A DNA stretch of 64,000 nt from a virus (lineage: Duplodnaviria; Caudoviricetes), in the IMG/VR virus record IMGVR_UViG_2791355221_000004, positions 1-64,000 of that record; one strand, given 5' to 3'. This document shows, piece after piece, positions 59,188 through 64,000 of the stretch (position 1 is the stretch's first letter; every line of letters starts with the position of its first letter). The translations under genes were made by a program, and so were the position numbers. The notes beneath the pieces were generated by a model. The model saw only the letters and a list, made by a program, of their open reading frames with translations, was not told where the DNA came from and made no database searches.

Positions 59188-60726
59188 TTGGACAACGGTA
59201 AAAACGCTGAGTCAGAAATTGAGCAAGCGGAATTATTAAATTATGCAATTGAATATGCTAAATCTGTAAATAACGCTGGAAATAATTCGATATTCTACAA
59301 TCCTATTTGGCAGAATGAATTACTTAAAAGTATCAACATGTCTCCAGTAAAATATGACCGTAAAAAAGTTGAAGAGTTGATAGCTAATCCTCGTTCAAAT
59401 GAAAAAGCATTGCGTGACTTAGCACAGTATCTTCAGAATTACATCATGCAATTTAATAAACTGGTGCAGCATTATGGTCGCATACTAACTTTTGATTATT
59501 TCCTTGAACCAACCAATGCAGATGCAGAGGATATGACAACGAAGAAATTCAAGAAAAGTTATGAGAAAGCCTGTGCATGGCTAGAAAGTTTAAATCCTAA
59601 AAAAATACTTCCTGAGATAACTACGATGTGTATTTTGGAAGATGCCAAGTTTTATTATGTGAGAGATTCAGGTGAAGATGTTGTGTTGCAGGAGATGCCT
59701 AGTGCTTATTGTAAAATTGTAAATAAGACAGAGTTAGGGTATCAGTATGCATTTAACATGGATTATTTTATGCAAGCAGGTGTTAACATTAATGATTATG
59801 CTCCTGAATTTGCTCAACATTACCTCGACTTTTTAAACGGCACAGATAAGAATAAAGGTTACATGCATTGGGTAACATTAGATCCGTCTAGCGCATTTGC
59901 CTTTAAATTTGACGAAAACAGAGCAGGTCAAACTCCTCCACTGATGGGGTTATTTGTTGATTCTGTTGAGATTGCATCTTATAAGAATCTATTGAAGACA
60001 AAAACCCAACTTGATGTTTGGAAAATCATTTTAAATAAAATTCCACTTCATAAAGAAGAAAAGAATGGAAATAAAAAAGATAACTTTGCCATAGCTGCTG
60101 ATACCGCGGGTAAATTCTCAAGTTTGATGCAAGCCGCGATGCCAGAAGGTGTAAAAGTTGTTACTATGCCTCTAGATTCTGATGTAATAGATTTTTCTAA
60201 TTCTCAAAATAAAAACGATATTGTAGGCATTGGACAACAGCATTTCTATGAATCGGCGGGCACATCTCCAATTCTATTTGGTGATAAAGGAACGAACGGT
60301 ATTGGAATCAAAGCTTCAATTAAAACTGATGAAGCTTATGTAATGCACATGTATAGGCAGTTTGAAAGATTCATCAATTATAAACTGAGAAAAGTAACTG
60401 GCTCATATAGATTCAAAATTACATTTCCAGATATAACTATTTTTAATCGTGAAGAAAAGATGGATATGTATTTAAAAGCAGCTAATTTTGGCTTCCCAAA
60501 ACTACTTGTGGCCTGTGCTCTTGGAATTACTCCTCAACAACTTGTTAATCTATCGAATTTTGAGTCTAGCTTGGGACTTGAGAATATTATGAAACCATTA
60601 ATATCATCTCACACTTTAAGTGGTGATAAAGAAGGTGGAGCAAGTAAAAAATCAGATAAAGATATTACTGATGAGGGACAGAAAAGCAGAGATAACGGAA
60701 GCAACGAATCAGACAACAGGGTTTAG
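59188..60726 (+). CDS. Portal protein
   Basis: 512 aa immediately after the terminase. Confidence 0.8.
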   Translation: MDNGKNAESEIEQAELLNYAIEYAKSVNNAGNNSIFYNPIWQNELLKSINMSPVKYDRKKVEELIANPRSNEKALRDLAQYLQNYIMQFNKLVQHYGRILTFDYFLEPTNADAEDMTTKKFKKSYEKACAWLESLNPKKILPEITTMCILEDAKFYYVRDSGEDVVLQEMPSAYCKIVNKTELGYQYAFNMDYFMQAGVNINDYAPEFAQHYLDFLNGTDKNKGYMHWVTLDPSSAFAFKFDENRAGQTPPLMGLFVDSVEIASYKNLLKTKTQLDVWKIILNKIPLHKEEKNGNKKDNFAIAADTAGKFSSLMQAAMPEGVKVVTMPLDSDVIDFSNSQNKNDIVGIGQQHFYESAGTSPILFGDKGTNGIGIKASIKTDEAYVMHMYRQFERFINYKLRKVTGSYRFKITFPDITIFNREEKMDMYLKAANFGFPKLLVACALGITPQQLVNLSNFESSLGLENIMKPLISSHTLSGDKEGGASKKSDKDITDEGQKSRDNGSNESDNRV

Positions 60727-60742
60727 GAGGTGAGAAATAAAA

Positions 60743-62197
60743 TTGAAAGAACCTAAAAATAAATCTATACCTTTATTATTTCAGAAAATTAATCACTATG
60801 ATTCAGTTGAAGATGATGTCCGTTTCCTCAAAGTAAAGATTTGGCTGATGCATTTAGGTGAAAATCTAAATGGTAGCTACTTTGCAAAAGAGGTAGTTGA
60901 AGCAGCAGTACCAACATTGAGTAACACGCCGATATTAGCATACATTGAGGACAACTCTGAAGGAAATGAAGATTTTTCAGACCACCGTCAAGCCTTAATT
61001 AAAAAAGATGGCAAATATGCTGTTAAGTACTTAGGTTCGCCTATTGGCGTAATACCAAGTGATAACAATGCTCAATTTGAAGATCGCTTATGTGATGACG
61101 GAATTACTAGGTCTTTTTTAACTGTTGAGGGTCTCGTTTGGCGCAAATTCGATGATCCAGTAGACATCCTTAATAGAGATTTAATTAAGGCAGAATCGAT
61201 GGAGCTTGCTGATAATTATGAAGGTGAGTTTAAAGAAGATGGCTTATTCCATTTTACTAAATTCAGCTTTTTTGGTGCTTGCGGATTGGGTTCAGATGTT
61301 AAACCTGCAATGCAAAATGCAACTATTGAGGTTCAGTTTTCAGAAGTTGAATTTTCTAAGTTGGTCAATGAAAAGATTGAATTATTCAAAAGGATTTATT
61401 CTGCAAAAGGAGGTAAAGAATTAGTGAATAAAGAGTTTACATGGTCAAGCGAACAACTAGAAGATGAACTTCGTCGTATCGTTAGACAAAACAAAAAAAC
61501 GGATTCGTGGGGATATGAGTACTGTGACGAATACCTCGTAGACTTTCTGCCAGAAGAAAAAGTTGTAATTGTATTTAATTACGAAAAATCAACTTATCTT
61601 GGCTACGAATACTCTGTAATAGGTGATGTAGTTTCCATTAATTACGAAAGTCAGTCAAGATATAAAGACGAGTGGAAGAAGATGAGTCTGCCACAAGAAG
61701 GCGATACCGAGGAAACAATTGATTTTAATTTTGTTCCATCTGAAGTCATGGAGTATTCTCTGAAGGTAAAAGAAGCAGAACTTCGCAAAGAATTTGAAAC
61801 TGCAAAAGAATGTGCTGTTTCAGAACTTCAAGAAAAACTTCTCGATATGAATAATAAATATTCAGAACTTGAAAATAACTTTACTCAATTGAAAGAGTTT
61901 AAAGACCAGTACGAGAATCAAGAGAAGCAATCGAAAATCAAAGAAGCTTTCCGAAGATTTTCTAATGTTCTTGATAAAGATGAGCTGGATTTATTCAAAG
62001 AGAAATCAAACAATTGTGAAAATGTTGATGATTTTATCAAGGATTTAAAATCTTTTGCTTGTGATAAACTTCTGGCCAAAACAAACGATAATAAAGGTGG
62101 ACATATGTTTGTAGGTATTCATGTAGATGGAAATCCTTCTGATGAAATTGATAAAAGTAATGTTTGGTCTAGACTAAAAAGTAAAAATAATAATTAA
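60743..62197 (+). CDS. Prohead protease/scaffold
   Basis: H.GENLNGS and ESME motifs; C-terminal coiled coil. Confidence 0.75.
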   Translation: MKEPKNKSIPLLFQKINHYDSVEDDVRFLKVKIWLMHLGENLNGSYFAKEVVEAAVPTLSNTPILAYIEDNSEGNEDFSDHRQALIKKDGKYAVKYLGSPIGVIPSDNNAQFEDRLCDDGITRSFLTVEGLVWRKFDDPVDILNRDLIKAESMELADNYEGEFKEDGLFHFTKFSFFGACGLGSDVKPAMQNATIEVQFSEVEFSKLVNEKIELFKRIYSAKGGKELVNKEFTWSSEQLEDELRRIVRQNKKTDSWGYEYCDEYLVDFLPEEKVVIVFNYEKSTYLGYEYSVIGDVVSINYESQSRYKDEWKKMSLPQEGDTEETIDFNFVPSEVMEYSLKVKEAELRKEFETAKECAVSELQEKLLDMNNKYSELENNFTQLKEFKDQYENQEKQSKIKEAFRRFSNVLDKDELDLFKEKSNNCENVDDFIKDLKSFACDKLLAKTNDNKGGHMFVGIHVDGNPSDEIDKSNVWSRLKSKNNN

Positions 62198-62210
62198 GGA
62201 GATGTTTTAG

Positions 62211-62717
62211 ATGTCAGCATGTGTGAATTTAAATGATATGTCAGGGTTTCAAATCGACACCCTAGTAAAAGCAGTTCAAAATACAGTCCCAATGGATAAC
62301 GGTAGTTTGGTTACACTTGGAGGTATTGTAGCAGGGAATCCCGATGTTCGTGTTGTTGCAGCTCCAGTGGATGTTTTAAAAGATGAAATTTTGTTAGTAC
62401 ACTCACCAGAAATTATTGAAATTAATGGACTTCGTGTACCATTAACCGATGTAACACTATTCACTAATCCCGCAAATCGTCCTGCTCGTGCTTATCGTCT
62501 TCGAGTTGGCGATACATACACAACAACTGATGATGGCTTCACAGGTACTTCAGTATTGTTGCAATATGTAGTTCCAGTTAATGGCTCTATGAAACCTGCT
62601 GTTGCTGCTGATTTGACAGGTAACACTCGCCTAGCGTTGAGAGTTATTCAGAAACTAACTGTTTCGATTGGTTCTGCTCGTGTAGCAGCAACTCAACTAG
62701 AAGTTGTAAAAGCGTAA
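62211..62717 (+). CDS. Head decoration/cement protein
   Basis: DNG motif; lies between protease and capsid genes. Confidence 0.6.
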   Translation: MSACVNLNDMSGFQIDTLVKAVQNTVPMDNGSLVTLGGIVAGNPDVRVVAAPVDVLKDEILLVHSPEIIEINGLRVPLTDVTLFTNPANRPARAYRLRVGDTYTTTDDGFTGTSVLLQYVVPVNGSMKPAVAADLTGNTRLALRVIQKLTVSIGSARVAATQLEVVKA

Positions 62718-62747
62718 TTTAAACAAAAAAAAAGGAGTTGTATCTAA

Positions 62748-63863
62748 TTGTTACATAAACATTTTACTCAAAGATTCAATAATTTTTCAAAAGATCAAAA
62801 AGATATCGTTCAAGCAGGTGTTGAACTATTCTATCACTGGAAGTATGAGAACGCTAAACCACATGAAAAAAGCAAGGACAAATATAGAAACTTTGCTGAA
62901 AAGGGTGGATCGTATCAGGATAAACAAAAACTCTTTTCTGATAATCTGATTAAACAAGCAATGTCCGCTGCTTATTTACCTGATGGTCTAGAATTCAGTC
63001 AGTCTGTAATGATGCAACATCCTACTGTGAAGTTTGCTATGTTTGCAATTATCTCTGAGATCATTGATGTAGTTATTCCTGAAACAGTTTTGGATAATTT
63101 CTATCAATTTGCAGAAGTACGGAACGGCACTTGGGGAGATTCTTTTGTTTTTAATGTTCCTAATAATGATATGTTCGTAGTATCTAAATTCACTGATGGT
63201 ATCCGCAAAGGTAATCGTCAACGTTTGGTTGGTACAGATGTGATCCTGAATCCTGTTATGCGTGAAGTAACAATTGGCGAAGATCTCTATCGTGTAATTG
63301 CTGGTAAAGTAAACTGGGGCGATTGGGTTAATCGTGTTGCTAAAGCCATCGAAACTCAAATTACTATCGATATCTACAGTTCTATTTTTAGTTCTTATTC
63401 TTCTTTGGGTACTGCATATAAACAAAGTGGTGCATTTTCTCAAGGAAGCTTCAATAACCTTACTCAACTTGTAGAAGCAGCAAATCATGGCGCTTCAGCC
63501 GTTGCATTTGGTACAAAAATTGCACTTTCTAAAGTTGTTCCAGATAATCAATATCTAACTTTTGGATTAGGACAAGAGTACAACACAGCAGGATATTTGG
63601 GTAATTTCCAAGGGACTGGTTTGTTTAAATTTGACCAACGTGTAACTCCAAATACAGACACCCTTGCAATCTCTGATCAATACCTCTTAATCGTTGCTAC
63701 AGCTGTGGAGAAACTAGTCAAAATCGCTTTCGAAGGTGAAACTATGATTAGCCAAACTGATTCTAACTCTAGCGCAGACAACAGTATTGATTATACTGTC
63801 AAAAAGAAATGGGATACTAAAATCATTACATCTGCAAAATACGGGATGTATCAATTGGCTTAA
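62748..63863 (+). CDS. Major capsid protein
   Basis: 371 aa; synteny; hairpin downstream. Confidence 0.8.
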   Translation: MLHKHFTQRFNNFSKDQKDIVQAGVELFYHWKYENAKPHEKSKDKYRNFAEKGGSYQDKQKLFSDNLIKQAMSAAYLPDGLEFSQSVMMQHPTVKFAMFAIISEIIDVVIPETVLDNFYQFAEVRNGTWGDSFVFNVPNNDMFVVSKFTDGIRKGNRQRLVGTDVILNPVMREVTIGEDLYRVIAGKVNWGDWVNRVAKAIETQITIDIYSSIFSSYSSLGTAYKQSGAFSQGSFNNLTQLVEAANHGASAVAFGTKIALSKVVPDNQYLTFGLGQEYNTAGYLGNFQGTGLFKFDQRVTPNTDTLAISDQYLLIVATAVEKLVKIAFEGETMISQTDSNSSADNSIDYTVKKKWDTKIITSAKYGMYQLA

Positions 63864-64000
63864 TATCACAATAAATAAGTGGAGAAAGTCAAAGTGCTTT
63901 CTCCTTTAATACAATTTCAGGGAGGATTTATAAGTGAGAAATAGTAAAAACGATACGCATACTTCTGACAAAAGTGTCGAGGCTTTGGAAAGTGTAACTA

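Larger units (their letters stand above)
28287..64000. mobile_element. SPbeta-like prophage, continuing beyond the window
   Basis: tRNA remnant at the edge; repressor/antirepressor, primase-like gene, YonO module, terminase-portal-protease-capsid. Confidence 0.88.

Noticed and set aside
2521-63488. Many 60-170 aa ORFs antisense or out of frame within long genes
   Set aside because: Shadow ORFs with no SD or recognisable motif

Overview
AT-rich Firmicutes DNA, Paenibacillus/Bacillales-like by inference, holding two related SPbeta-type elements in tandem. Element 1 (~517-28200) is a headless tail cluster: a YonO-like single-subunit RNA polymerase, a Zn-ribbon partner and an HU-like protein, followed directly by tail tube, chaperones, tape measure, baseplate/spike/PAAR-like and receptor-binding genes and a lysis cassette. 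It has no integrase, replication, terminase, portal, capsid or sheath gene, and a LexA box lies upstream, so it looks like a tailocin transcribed by its own RNA polymerase. Element 2 (~28290 to beyond the window end) is a prophage next to a tRNA-Val(GAC) remnant. It carries its own tRNA-Val, a kinase-less agr-like peptide signalling cluster, a tyrosine recombinase gene bracketed by two type I hammerhead ribozymes, repressor/antirepressor, a TA module, a primase-like gene, a second YonO-like RNAP module, terminase, portal, protease and capsid genes. The two elements share a covarying structured leader and a bipartite candidate late-promoter layout. All family assignments come from motif recognition and synteny; no searches or folding programs were run.
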